From: a virus
Lineage: Duplodnaviria > Caudoviricetes
IMG/VR virus record: IMGVR_UViG_3300020045_002297
Span: 1-32,406 of that record
Direction: 5' to 3' (one strand)
Length of the DNA stretch: 32,406 bases
Shown here in pieces: positions 1-9,173 of this stretch (position 1 is the first letter of the stretch; the number at the start of each line of letters is the position of its first letter). The notes under the pieces were generated by a model, which saw nothing but the letters and a program-made list of their open reading frames with translations, made no database searches and was not told the DNA's origin. A program made the translations under genes and the position numbers.

Positions 1-2
1 AC

Positions 3-1493
3 AAATTTATAATATATAATCTTTTGGGGTTTTATCACAAAGGAACAGAGGAAAGGCGCTTTAAAGAAGCGTTTTTATTTATTCCTAGAAAGAATATTAA
101 AACCTCGTTTGCTGGTGCTCTTGCGTGGGCGTTAGGATTACTGCATCGGACAAGTGGTAGCAAGGTATATATAACGGCAAACGCATTAAAACAATCTCTC
201 GAAAGTTGGAACTTTATAAAATATAATGTTGAGAGAATGGGCGAAGATGATACCTTTAGAATTATCGACAACAACAACGAACATAGCATAAGTGCTGACA
301 TCGGCAACGGTAGCATCTACATACAAGCGTTGGCTTCAAGCATTGAACGACAAGACAGTTTGAATTGCAACATTGCCATTGCTGATGAAATCCACGCGTT
401 TACAAGTCCAAAGCAATACAACATAATCAAAGAAGCTATGAAAGCCTACACAAATAAATTGATGATAGGAATTACAACAGCTGGCGACAACATGAACAGC
501 TTTTGTTATAACCGATTACAATATTGTCGGAAAATATTAGACGGAACAGTTAAGGACGAAAGATATTTTATTTTCATAGCTGAAGCTGACCCGAACGAAA
601 GCGGTGATATTGATTTTACAAATGCTTTAATACAAGAGCAAGCTAATCCAGCTTATAACATTTCAATTCGACCTGATGACATTATGAACGACAGTTTGCA
701 AGCATTAAACGATCCACAAGTTAGAAAAGATTTTTTTGCTAAGTCTTTAAATGTTTATACCAATGCAATGAAAGCGTACTTTAACATTGACGAGTTTAGA
801 AAATCAAACACTTTGGCTGAAATTAAACTTGGAATAAACCCAGCATTGAGCATTAAAGAAAAAATTGAGTTTTTAAAAGGCTTACCAATAAAGTGGTATG
901 GCGGTTCTGATTTATCAAAAATGTACGATTTAACCGCTGGTTCTTTAGTTGGCACTTATGAGGATATTTTAATAATTATACCTCATGCGTGGTTTCCTAT
1001 TACGCAAGCAGCTAAAAAAGCCGATGAAGATAACATTCCTTTGTTTGGTTGGCAAGATGATGGTTGGCTAGATATGTCAAACAGTCCAACGGTAAACTGG
1101 GCGGAGATAGTCAATTGGTATGTTGCCATGAGAAAAAAAGGGTTTAAGATTAAGCAAGTCGGACACGATAGAAAATTTTGTCGTGAGTATTTCTTAGGAA
1201 TGAAAAAAGCTAACTTTGATATTGTAGACCAACCGCAATATTTTTATAAAAAGTCAGAGGGTTTCCGACATATAGAGCAAAAAGCCAAAGATGTTAAATT
1301 GTATTATCTTGGGGCAGAACCTTACGAGTATTGCGTTCAGAATGTCAAGGCAATTGAAAAGACGGACGATATGATTCAATATGAAAAAGTTGAGGACACA
1401 ATGCGCATTGATATATTTGACGCTTCGGTATTTGCGGTTGTAAGAATGTTGGAAGACATGGAAGGCAAAAACAAATTAAAAAATTGGTTCTAA
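3..1493 (+). CDS. terL: Terminase large subunit (5'-truncated by the window edge)
   Basis: Frame is open from nt 3 ([10 protein letters not shown]...). Walker A-like PRKNIKT, Walker B AIADEIH, coupling motif ITTAG, nuclease-domain DLS and RIDIFDA; directly upstream of portal. Confidence 0.96.
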   Translation, partial: KFIIYNLLGFYHKGTEERRFKEAFLFIPRKNIKTSFAGALAWALGLLHRTSGSKVYITANALKQSLESWNFIKYNVERMGEDDTFRIIDNNNEHSISADIGNGSIYIQALASSIERQDSLNCNIAIADEIHAFTSPKQYNIIKEAMKAYTNKLMIGITTAGDNMNSFCYNRLQYCRKILDGTVKDERYFIFIAEADPNESGDIDFTNALIQEQANPAYNISIRPDDIMNDSLQALNDPQVRKDFFAKSLNVYTNAMKAYFNIDEFRKSNTLAEIKLGINPALSIKEKIEFLKGLPIKWYGGSDLSKMYDLTAGSLVGTYEDILIIIPHAWFPITQAAKKADEDNIPLFGWQDDGWLDMSNSPTVNWAEIVNWYVAMRKKGFKIKQVGHDRKFCREYFLGMKKANFDIVDQPQYFYKKSEGFRHIEQKAKDVKLYYLGAEPYEYCVQNVKAIEKTDDMIQYEKVEDTMRIDIFDASVFAVVRMLEDMEGKNKLKNWF

Positions 1494-1544
1494 CAGTTGA
1501 TTTATTTCAGCTGTTTTTATTTTGCAATGAAAGAGGTGAGAAAA

Positions 1545-2729
1545 ATAGGAATATTTAGTAAAAAAACAAAGACTAGGTCAGACCCTATAACAATGTTTCT
1601 TAACGGCACAGATTCGACCGACATACTTTGCCCGAGCGGTTACACTCCATTATCAAAAAACGAGGAAATAAGGCGCTGTGTATTTAAGATTGCAGACCTT
1701 GTATCTGATATGACAATTATGTTAATGGAAAACGGAACCAATGGCGACATAAGGGTTAAAAACGAGTTAGCAAAAAAGATTGATGTTTATCCGAATAAAA
1801 ACATGACACGCAAAACATTCATTCACAAAATTGTTACAGATATGTTGATTGAGGGTAATGCGGTCAGTTATCCAGAAGTTAAGAACGCTTTAATCGATAA
1901 CTTAAAGTTATTCAACGCAACTCAAACCACTTTTAATGCCGTTGGTGATAATTATATGGTGCGTTATAAGGGCATCCCGTACCAACCCGATGAATTACTG
2001 CACTTTGTTTTAAACCCCGATGATGACGAACCATTCAAGGGACAAGGCTATACACAGATGATTAAACAGACCGTTGCAAATTTACTACAAGCTAATGCCA
2101 CTAAGACAGGTTTTTTAAAATCAAAGTGGAAACCATCAATGATTATATCTATTAATTCCGATGCCGAAGAATTGCAAGACGAAGAACAGCGCGCCAAGAT
2201 TTTGGGGAGTTACACAAAGACAACGGAAGTTGGCGAACCGTGGTTAATACCAGCTGGCGAAATTGATGTGAAAACGATTCAGCCTTTGACACTTAATGAC
2301 CTTGCAATACAAGACAGCATAACGCTTGACATAAGAACAATTGCTGCGTGTTTCGGACTCCCTCCGTTTATGGTGGGTATAGGCGAATTTAACAAAGATG
2401 CGTATAACAATTTTGTATCAACAACGATTATGTCGATAGCCACAATTATTCAACAGGAGTTATCTAAAAAACTTTTGCTGTCCCCAAATATGTATTTTAA
2501 ATTTAACGCTAAATCATTGATGCAATACGGACTTTCTGAAAAGAAAGATTTTGTTATTGACATGAAGAATAGCGGATTGTTAAGCGGTAACGAGGGACGA
2601 GCAGAGTTTGATTATTCGCCAGTTGATGTTGCGGGCATGAACGATTATACCGTGCTTGAAAACTATCTAAAAGTATCCGACATAAGCAAGCAAAAGAAAC
2701 TACTGCAAGGGGGTGATAAAGTTGAATAA
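1545..2729 (+). CDS. HK97-family portal protein
   Basis: Portal motifs (IADLVSDM, ELLHF, IAACFGLPPFMVG, SGNEGRA). The ORF track starts at 1497, but GAGGTG at 1533-1538 points to ATA at 1545 (xGIFSKK). Start is uncertain. Confidence 0.94.
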   Translation: MGIFSKKTKTRSDPITMFLNGTDSTDILCPSGYTPLSKNEEIRRCVFKIADLVSDMTIMLMENGTNGDIRVKNELAKKIDVYPNKNMTRKTFIHKIVTDMLIEGNAVSYPEVKNALIDNLKLFNATQTTFNAVGDNYMVRYKGIPYQPDELLHFVLNPDDDEPFKGQGYTQMIKQTVANLLQANATKTGFLKSKWKPSMIISINSDAEELQDEEQRAKILGSYTKTTEVGEPWLIPAGEIDVKTIQPLTLNDLAIQDSITLDIRTIAACFGLPPFMVGIGEFNKDAYNNFVSTTIMSIATIIQQELSKKLLLSPNMYFKFNAKSLMQYGLSEKKDFVIDMKNSGLLSGNEGRAEFDYSPVDVAGMNDYTVLENYLKVSDISKQKKLLQGGDKVE

Positions 2730-3312
2730 AAGACAAGCATATTTTGCAAGCAAACTAACAACAAGATCAGAGCCAGACGGCGGAGATAAATTTATAGAGG
2801 GGTATTTTGCAGTATTCGAGCAAGAAACCGAACTATGGAGAGGTGTATTTGAAAAAATCGCTCGGGGTGCATTTGATAATTCAATAAATAATAACGATAT
2901 CCGTTGTCTGTTTAATCATGACAGCGGTTTTGTTTTGGGACGAACAGCAAGCCAAACACTTGAACTTAAAGTCGATGCTCATGGTTTATGGGGTAGGGTG
3001 AAAATCAATTCATCAGATAGCCAAGCAATGGATATTTACGCAAGAGTTGAGCGTGGGGATATATCGGGTTGTTCGTTTGGGTTTAATCCTCTCAAAGAAC
3101 GCTATGAGGAAAGAGAAAACGACATTCTATGGATTGTTGAAGAAGCCGACACAGCAGAAGTTTCAATATGTACATTCCCAGCGTATCCGCAAACAGAAAT
3201 TCAAGCAAGGCAAAACGACTTCAAGGAATCGCAAAAACGAAGTCTTGAACAAAGAAAACAAAAATTGAAAAATAGATTGGAGAACATCAAAAATGGGACT
3301 TATACAACTTAG
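2722..3312 (+). CDS. HK97-family prohead maturation protease
   Basis: IEGYFAVF, LFNHD, GCSFGF, EVSICTFPAYPQT motifs. Start probably TTG 2722 after GGGGGTG (ORF track 2713). Confidence 0.95.
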   Translation: MNKRQAYFASKLTTRSEPDGGDKFIEGYFAVFEQETELWRGVFEKIARGAFDNSINNNDIRCLFNHDSGFVLGRTASQTLELKVDAHGLWGRVKINSSDSQAMDIYARVERGDISGCSFGFNPLKERYEERENDILWIVEEADTAEVSICTFPAYPQTEIQARQNDFKESQKRSLEQRKQKLKNRLENIKNGTYTT

Positions 3313-4840
3313 GCAGCAGGTGGAGTTAAAACAGCGTAAATCCGAATTGGAAAAACTGACTGCACAACAGACGGGATTTACAACCCGCTCGGCTGAACTT
3401 GAAACAGCTTTATCCGAAGCAAAGACAGACGAGGACATGGAAGTTGTCAACACAAGCATTACCGAATTGGAAACAGAAATCAAAGACACTGATGTTGATA
3501 CAAAACTTTCTGATGTTTCTGCGGAGATTACTCGAATCGAGGGCGAACTTGCAGAAGTAGAAGAAAGAGCAAAAACAATTGATGCACCAAAAACACCAAA
3601 AACAAATGAAAACAGGAGTGAAGAAAACATGAACAAATATCAAGTTAGAGACGAACTAAAAACAGGTGCTTATTATGAGCGTGCAGAAGTCAAGACATTT
3701 TACGAAAACTTTAAAAATCTTCGTGCGGTTGGTGGAGAAGGCTTAACAATTCCACAAGTTGTTGTTAATCGCATAATGGATATAATTGGTGACTTTTCAA
3801 CTCTTTATCCACTTGTCAACAAAATTCGTGTAAACGGTACAGCAAGAATCCTTATCGATACCGACACAAGCGCAGCAACATGGATTGAACAGAACGGAAC
3901 ACTTGCAACAGGAACAGTTGGAACAATTACAAACATTGACTTTGACGGCTTTAAAATTGGCAAGGTAACTTTTGTTGATAACTCAATGCTTCAAGACAGC
4001 ATTATCAATCTTGATGATTATGTTTCAAAGAAAATTGCTCGTTCAATTGCAATTGGTCTTGATTTGTCATTCCTTAAAGGCACAGGAACTGCGGGCAAAC
4101 AACCAGTCGGAATTATTCCGTCACTTGTTGCAACACACATTACCGAAGCTGATGTTACAAAACTTGCAAATGTAGTTAAGAAACTTGCCTTGATTGACAC
4201 AGGCGCAGACAGTGTTGGAGAGATTGTTGTAGTTATGAAACGCGCTACATATTACAACAGATTTGTTGAATTTTCTATCAATGTTGACAGCAACGGTCTA
4301 GTTGTTGGTAAACTTCCTAATTTGTCAAATCCCGATATATGTGGTCTGCGTGTTGTGTTTAACCAAAACATGGACGAAGATGTTGTATTGTTCGGTGAAT
4401 TTGATAAATATACTCTTGTCGAACGCGAAAGCATTGTTATTGACAAGTCTGAACATGTTAAATTTTCAGAGGATCAGATGGCATTTAGAGGTAAAGGTAG
4501 ATTTGACGGAAAACCAACAAATGTTAACGCTTTTGTTGCCGTCAATATTGACCTCGGCGCTATTCAAACACTTACGCTTGCATCTGTTGCTGGCACCGCT
4601 TCGGGCGATACCAAGCTATCAGTTACAGAAGCAAAACTTCTCGGTCGTACATATCAGTATAAAACTCACGCAACGGTTGCGCCAACTGCGGCTTATGGCG
4701 ATGTTCTAACTGGCTGGACTGCATGGAATGGCATTGCTGACATAACTGCAACTACTACACACAAAGTCAGCGTTTGCGAAGTTGGTACAGACGGAAAGGT
4801 CAAGCGTTACGGCACAGGCACAGTAACTTCTAAGGCTTAA
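3293..4840 (+). CDS. HK97-fold major capsid protein with N-terminal coiled-coil delta (scaffold) domain and C-terminal beta-rich accessory domain
   Basis: Coiled-coil N-terminus, GGEGLTIPQ, KGTG..QPVGI, LFGEF, RFDGKP; about 95 extra Thr/Ala-rich C-terminal residues. Confidence 0.95.
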   Translation: MGLIQLRQQVELKQRKSELEKLTAQQTGFTTRSAELETALSEAKTDEDMEVVNTSITELETEIKDTDVDTKLSDVSAEITRIEGELAEVEERAKTIDAPKTPKTNENRSEENMNKYQVRDELKTGAYYERAEVKTFYENFKNLRAVGGEGLTIPQVVVNRIMDIIGDFSTLYPLVNKIRVNGTARILIDTDTSAATWIEQNGTLATGTVGTITNIDFDGFKIGKVTFVDNSMLQDSIINLDDYVSKKIARSIAIGLDLSFLKGTGTAGKQPVGIIPSLVATHITEADVTKLANVVKKLALIDTGADSVGEIVVVMKRATYYNRFVEFSINVDSNGLVVGKLPNLSNPDICGLRVVFNQNMDEDVVLFGEFDKYTLVERESIVIDKSEHVKFSEDQMAFRGKGRFDGKPTNVNAFVAVNIDLGAIQTLTLASVAGTASGDTKLSVTEAKLLGRTYQYKTHATVAPTAAYGDVLTGWTAWNGIADITATTTHKVSVCEVGTDGKVKRYGTGTVTSKA

Positions 4841-4855
4841 TATTTAATCAATCAT

Positions 4856-4878
4856 AGGGGCGTTAATTCGCCCCTTAT
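4856..4878 (+). terminator. Hairpin after the capsid gene (terminator or mRNA-stabilising stem)
   Basis: AGGGGCG-TTAATT-CGCCCCT with only a weak T tail, so readthrough is likely. Confidence 0.6.
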
Positions 4879-4892
4879 AGGAGGTGTGTAAA

Positions 4893-5162
4893 ATCGAAAC
4901 AGTATTAAGCCTATTAAAGATTGATTTAGGAATAAGCCACACAGTAAGGGATGTTTTTTTAAATGCTTTATTGGTGGCTTGCCAAAAAGAAATTGAAGCA
5001 AAAAAAATAACACTTGATCTATCTGCGGTAGAAGACCAAATATTGCTGTCTGATTTTACTGCATGGAGATATCGAAACCGTTCAGCCGATGTTGCGCTTG
5101 CTAACAACTTACAGTTTAGAATCAGAAACAGGATTGTAAAGGGGCGAGCCGCTAATGGATGA
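4893..5162 (+). CDS. Head-tail connector (gp6-like)
   Basis: LLKIDLGI..RD..L motif and position after capsid. GGAGGTG at 4880-4886 points to ATC 4893 (ORF track GTG 4884). Confidence 0.85.
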   Translation: METVLSLLKIDLGISHTVRDVFLNALLVACQKEIEAKKITLDLSAVEDQILLSDFTAWRYRNRSADVALANNLQFRIRNRIVKGRAANG

Positions 5163-5424
5163 TGTAATTATTTTAATTGCTAAAGACAAAACAGAAAAAA
5201 CAAAAATTTGCGAAATGAAAAGCATAGGACAAAGTGAGTTTTATCAAGCACAATCGGACGGATTAAAGCCAGAGATTAAGTTTGTGTTATCTGACTACTT
5301 AGACTATGAAAATCAAAAGCATATAAAACATGGCGACATAATCTATACAGTTTTAAAGACTTACAAAAACGGAGATAAACTTGAAATCACTTGTTATGGC
5401 GGTGTTAACAATGGGAGTGCCTAA
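5155..5424 (+). CDS. Head closure / head-tail adaptor protein
   Basis: SIGQSEFYQAQ..GLKPE..F and Y.VLKTY motifs; synteny. Confidence 0.85.
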   Translation: MDDVIILIAKDKTEKTKICEMKSIGQSEFYQAQSDGLKPEIKFVLSDYLDYENQKHIKHGDIIYTVLKTYKNGDKLEITCYGGVNNGSA

Positions 5425-5854
5425 GTCGGTAGTTAAGTTTAAAAAGAACGGTGTTGAATATACTTCGTCCGTTGACCGAGTAAGTTATACCATTAACGAA
5501 TTAACAAGAGCAGCTTTGCGTGATGTAGGCAAGTTTATCTGTAGAAAATTCAAATCAAATTATTACAGCAGATTTAAAAAGCAAAAAGGACGAGTTGGAA
5601 AGTATGCGCAGTATTGGGTTCGCAAAAATGAAAACGATTTGCAAGTTGGTTTAAAGCCATTTGCGTTTTATGGTGGTTTCCAAGAACTTGGTACAAATAA
5701 AACACCAAAACTTGGGTTGTTCAGAAAAGCCGCAGAGGACAACATTGCAGAAATCGTTAAAATTGAGAGCCAATATTTATCTGCACTAGAATCCGAAGCG
5801 AGCGCATTTTCAAAAATTAACGAATCCGAATATGAGGGGAGTGCAGACGATTGA
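5411..5854 (+). CDS. HK97 gp10-like neck/tail-completion protein
   Basis: FYGGFQELGTNK.PK motif; synteny; ATG at 5411. Confidence 0.8.
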   Translation: MGVPKSVVKFKKNGVEYTSSVDRVSYTINELTRAALRDVGKFICRKFKSNYYSRFKKQKGRVGKYAQYWVRKNENDLQVGLKPFAFYGGFQELGTNKTPKLGLFRKAAEDNIAEIVKIESQYLSALESEASAFSKINESEYEGSADD

Positions 5855-6240
5855 GTAAAACAGCGGAATTGAAAAGTTTAATAGAAACAAAATTGTTGAC
5901 TAAAAGTAGTGATGTTTATTACCGTTCTGCGCCCGATGATTCTGCATTCCCTTATGTAGTCCATAGTTTACGAAATGTAAACCTTGGCGACTTAAACCGA
6001 GATACGGCGTTTTTAGATGTTGATATTTGGAATCGTTCGGTTTTAGATTCAGACGATTGGAGCGCAATAGAAATTATTGCAGATAACATTGAATCGTTAT
6101 TCAATAATGCTAACTATCCAACTGGGAACATCTTGCCGACTTTCTACCGAGATATGCGACAGTATGTAGAGGATAGTGACAAGGCAATACAACACATAAA
6201 TTTAACATTTGAAATACAAAATTATTATAAAGGAGATTAA
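5851..6240 (+). CDS. Tail terminator protein
   Basis: APDDSAFPYVV and LDVDIW motifs; immediately precedes the tail tube gene. Confidence 0.8.
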   Translation: MSKTAELKSLIETKLLTKSSDVYYRSAPDDSAFPYVVHSLRNVNLGDLNRDTAFLDVDIWNRSVLDSDDWSAIEIIADNIESLFNNANYPTGNILPTFYRDMRQYVEDSDKAIQHINLTFEIQNYYKGD

Positions 6241-6243
6241 CAA

Positions 6244-6768
6244 ATGGCTGATGTAGTTAAAAAAATAGTAGGCAACGGCGTTATAACCGATGTAGACTAT
6301 AAAATCATTAAGTGGGTAGGGCTTACCAAAGCTGGCAAGCCTATCAAAATAACCATTACCGATGCTATAAACATGGGTAACACAGAGTGGGAATTTAAAG
6401 AAAAAGACGAGGTTGTTTCGGAGGTTGTATTCACCGCTTGTTATACAGGCGAGGAAACCGATTATAAAGAACCTTGGGAAATAGAATATACAGCAAACTC
6501 TACAGCAACCGCAGCTGATAACATAGCTTTAGGTGTTGGAAAGTTATACATTGGCGAAACTGCAATTGCTCTTTCTCGCGGCGGTGGCAAATTCACAAGA
6601 GAACCAGAGTTTAGAGAAATTGTTGCCGATGGCGACAGAGGGCCAGTAAAAGACAGGATAACAATTGATAGTGTTCGTGCAACATTATCATTAAATATTT
6701 TAACAATTCTCGGCAGAATGACAGACATTTACACAGGCATGACAGAATCAGTTGTAACTGGTTCATAA
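6244..6768 (+). CDS. Major tail (tube) protein, apparently circularly permuted
   Basis: Strong RBS AAGGAG and downstream terminator; synteny; motifs LSRGGGKF..E.EFREI.ADGDRGPVK and WVG.TK.GK...AINMGN..W.F.EKDEVV..V.FTA.Y. Confidence 0.85.
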   Translation: MADVVKKIVGNGVITDVDYKIIKWVGLTKAGKPIKITITDAINMGNTEWEFKEKDEVVSEVVFTACYTGEETDYKEPWEIEYTANSTATAADNIALGVGKLYIGETAIALSRGGGKFTREPEFREIVADGDRGPVKDRITIDSVRATLSLNILTILGRMTDIYTGMTESVVTGS

Positions 6769-6779
6769 AACACAAAATT

Positions 6780-6810
6780 AGGGGGCATTAATTTGCTCCC
6801 TTTTTATTTT
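6780..6810 (+). terminator. Rho-independent terminator after major tail gene
   Basis: GGGGGCA-TTAATT-TGCTCCC followed by TTTTTATTTT. Confidence 0.8.
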
Positions 6811-6822
6811 AAAGGAGATAAC

Positions 6823-7155
6823 ATGAGAAAATTAAAAACAAGCGATATTATGGCATTTTGCCGAACTGTAAAAAAGATTGGTATTAAAGACGAAATTAAA
6901 AGGATATCCGCTGAATCAGACGATGCTAAAAGCGCATGGGACAAAGGATTTGAATTGATATATAACATTTTTGACTTAGCGACAGAAAAGAAAAGCGAAA
7001 AACACCTATATGAGTTTTTGGCTGAACCTTTTGAAATGACCGCAAAAGAAGTTGAAGATATGGACTTAGAAAAGTTCATTGAATCGGTAAAAGAATTTGC
7101 AAGCGAAAACAACTTAACAAGTTTTTTCAAATCGGCAGCAACTTTGATGAAATAG
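6823..7155 (+). CDS. Tail assembly chaperone (gpG analogue)
   Basis: RBS AAAGGAG, ATG 6823; lies between tail tube and tape measure; slippery site near 3' end. Confidence 0.8.
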   Translation: MRKLKTSDIMAFCRTVKKIGIKDEIKRISAESDDAKSAWDKGFELIYNIFDLATEKKSEKHLYEFLAEPFEMTAKEVEDMDLEKFIESVKEFASENNLTSFFKSAATLMK

Positions 7156-7463
7156 AAGTATTAGAATTGCTGCTGCACCGATATTCAAATATTGACTACA
7201 TATTATCGCTTGACATTGAAATGTTTTGCGAATTTGTTTTAAAAGCCGTTGAGAAACAAAAAGAAGAAGTGTTATTTGCTCAGTGGTGCGTACAACTACC
7301 GGTTCAATCGGTATTGTCTTTGCTTGGAAGAAAAACCGAATATGTATCGTTTGAAGCATACAAAAATCAAGGCTCTGGAGCGAACATTGATATGCGAAGC
7401 AACGAGGATATGTTAAGTGAAATTGAAGAAATCGAAAAAAAATTTATGAAAGGTGGCGATTAA
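7122..7463 (+). CDS. Tail assembly chaperone -1 frameshift extension (gpT analogue)
   Basis: T-TTT-TTC at 7122-7128; the -1 frame is open from there (FQIGSNFDEIEVLELLLHRY...) to 7463; no RBS before TTG 7167. Confidence 0.8.
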   Translation, partial: FFQIGSNFDEIEVLELLLHRYSNIDYILSLDIEMFCEFVLKAVEKQKEEVLFAQWCVQLPVQSVLSLLGRKTEYVSFEAYKNQGSGANIDMRSNEDMLSEIEEIEKKFMKGGD

Positions 7464-9173
7464 GTGGCACTAGAAATTTTCAAACTTGTAGGTTCGATAA
7501 TGGTTGACAACAGTGCTGCCGATAAGAGCCTTGCAAAAACAGATAAAAAAGCATCTTCGGTAGGTTCAACAATGGCTAAAGGTGTAAAGTCCGCCGCCAA
7601 ATTTGGGGGTGGTATGGTTGGTGCAGCAGGCATTGCAGCATCTGCGCTTACTGCATTAGGAACAAAAACCGCCGAACACGCAGACAACATTGACGAAATG
7701 TCAGTTAAACTCGGAATGTCAAAAAAAGCATACCAAGAATGGGACTTTATTATGTCCCAAAATGGCGTAAGCATTGAAAGCATGAGCACTGGTATGAAAT
7801 CAATGACTACATCAATGTCAAGTTTGGCGGAAGGCGGGGCAAAAGGTAAAGAAACCCTAGGTAAGCTTGGGATAACACTTGATGATTTAAAAAACAAATC
7901 ACAAGAAGAAATTTTTGAACAATCCGTTAAATCATTGCAAAAAATGCCAGCTGGATATGAAAAAGCTAGATTAGCACAACAATTGTTTGGTAAGCAAGGT
8001 CAAGAAATGTTACCTATCTTAAACGCAACAAAAGGAACGGTTGACGAACTGAAAAAAAAGGCTAACGACATGGGAGTTGTTATGTCGGACAAAGCGGTAT
8101 CTTCGGGAGCAAAGCTAGGCGATACATTAGATGCTTTAAAAATGGCTGGCATGGGGTTGTTTAATTCTTTAGGTAGTAGTTTAGTCCCAATAATCCAAAA
8201 ATTTGCTGATTTTATAATTGCTAATATGCCAATGATACAAGAAATGTTTACACAAATGGCGCCAATAATATCAGAAGTGTTCGCAAAGCTAGTCCCACCT
8301 ATAATGGAAATGGTACAAACTTTGATGCCAGTATTGCTTGATGTGATAATGCAGCTTATGCCGTTTGTGGTTGAGATAATGCAAAAAGTGTTGCCTGTTA
8401 TTACAAACCTAATGATGATTTTGCTGCCGCCTTTAATGCAAATAATTCAAGAACTTTTGCCTTTACTTATGACAATAATTACACCACTGTTGCCCTTGTT
8501 AGAACCAATTGTAATGTTGTTAGAGCCGATTGCTGACCTTTTAGTAATGATTATAAAACCAATTGCAAAGTTGCTAAATTGGATATTGCCGCCTTTAATT
8601 AAAATGATAAGCGGTCAATTAACAATTGCCATTGGTAGCGTAAAGGAAGTTATTGGAGCGATGAAAACATATTTCACTGGCATAATCGACTTTATCACTG
8701 GCGTTTTTACTGGAGATTGGAAAAAGGCTTGGGGTGGAGTAGTAAAGATATTCAGCGGAATATGGGACGGAATGGTTGCGATTTTTAAATATCCGTTAAA
8801 CACAATTATAGGTGGAATTAATTCATTTATTTCGTCTATCAATAAAATTAAAATACCCGATTGGGTGCCATCGGTTGGTGGAAAAGGATTTAGTTTTAAA
8901 GCTATACCTTTATTAGCCAAAGGCGGCACATTTACAAGCGGTTCGGCGGTTGTTGGTGAAGCCGGAGCGGAATTGATAACGCTAAAAGGAGGCCGGGCGC
9001 AAGTTACGCCGCTAACATCTAATCAAAAAGGCAAAACCGCACAAAGCGGGAATGTTTTTAACTTTAACATTAAAGAATTACACGCTAACAACATGGAAGA
9101 AGCCGACAAGATAGTCAATTATATGTACGATAAATTTGTGCTTAAAGTACAGAGGGAGGAACACGCATATTGA
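7464..9173 (+). CDS. Tape measure protein
   Basis: MALEIFKLVGSI N-terminus, helical Pro/Met/Leu periodic region, FTGDWKKAW and IPLLAKGG...VGEAGAE motifs. Confidence 0.95.
   Translation: MALEIFKLVGSIMVDNSAADKSLAKTDKKASSVGSTMAKGVKSAAKFGGGMVGAAGIAASALTALGTKTAEHADNIDEMSVKLGMSKKAYQEWDFIMSQNGVSIESMSTGMKSMTTSMSSLAEGGAKGKETLGKLGITLDDLKNKSQEEIFEQSVKSLQKMPAGYEKARLAQQLFGKQGQEMLPILNATKGTVDELKKKANDMGVVMSDKAVSSGAKLGDTLDALKMAGMGLFNSLGSSLVPIIQKFADFIIANMPMIQEMFTQMAPIISEVFAKLVPPIMEMVQTLMPVLLDVIMQLMPFVVEIMQKVLPVITNLMMILLPPLMQIIQELLPLLMTIITPLLPLLEPIVMLLEPIADLLVMIIKPIAKLLNWILPPLIKMISGQLTIAIGSVKEVIGAMKTYFTGIIDFITGVFTGDWKKAWGGVVKIFSGIWDGMVAIFKYPLNTIIGGINSFISSINKIKIPDWVPSVGGKGFSFKAIPLLAKGGTFTSGSAVVGEAGAELITLKGGRAQVTPLTSNQKGKTAQSGNVFNFNIKELHANNMEEADKIVNYMYDKFVLKVQREEHAY

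Noticed and set aside
8230-8600. Pro/Met/Leu-rich hydrophobic periodic segment as a separate membrane protein or novel repeat
   Set aside because: Ordinary roughly 11-residue periodicity within the tape measure protein.
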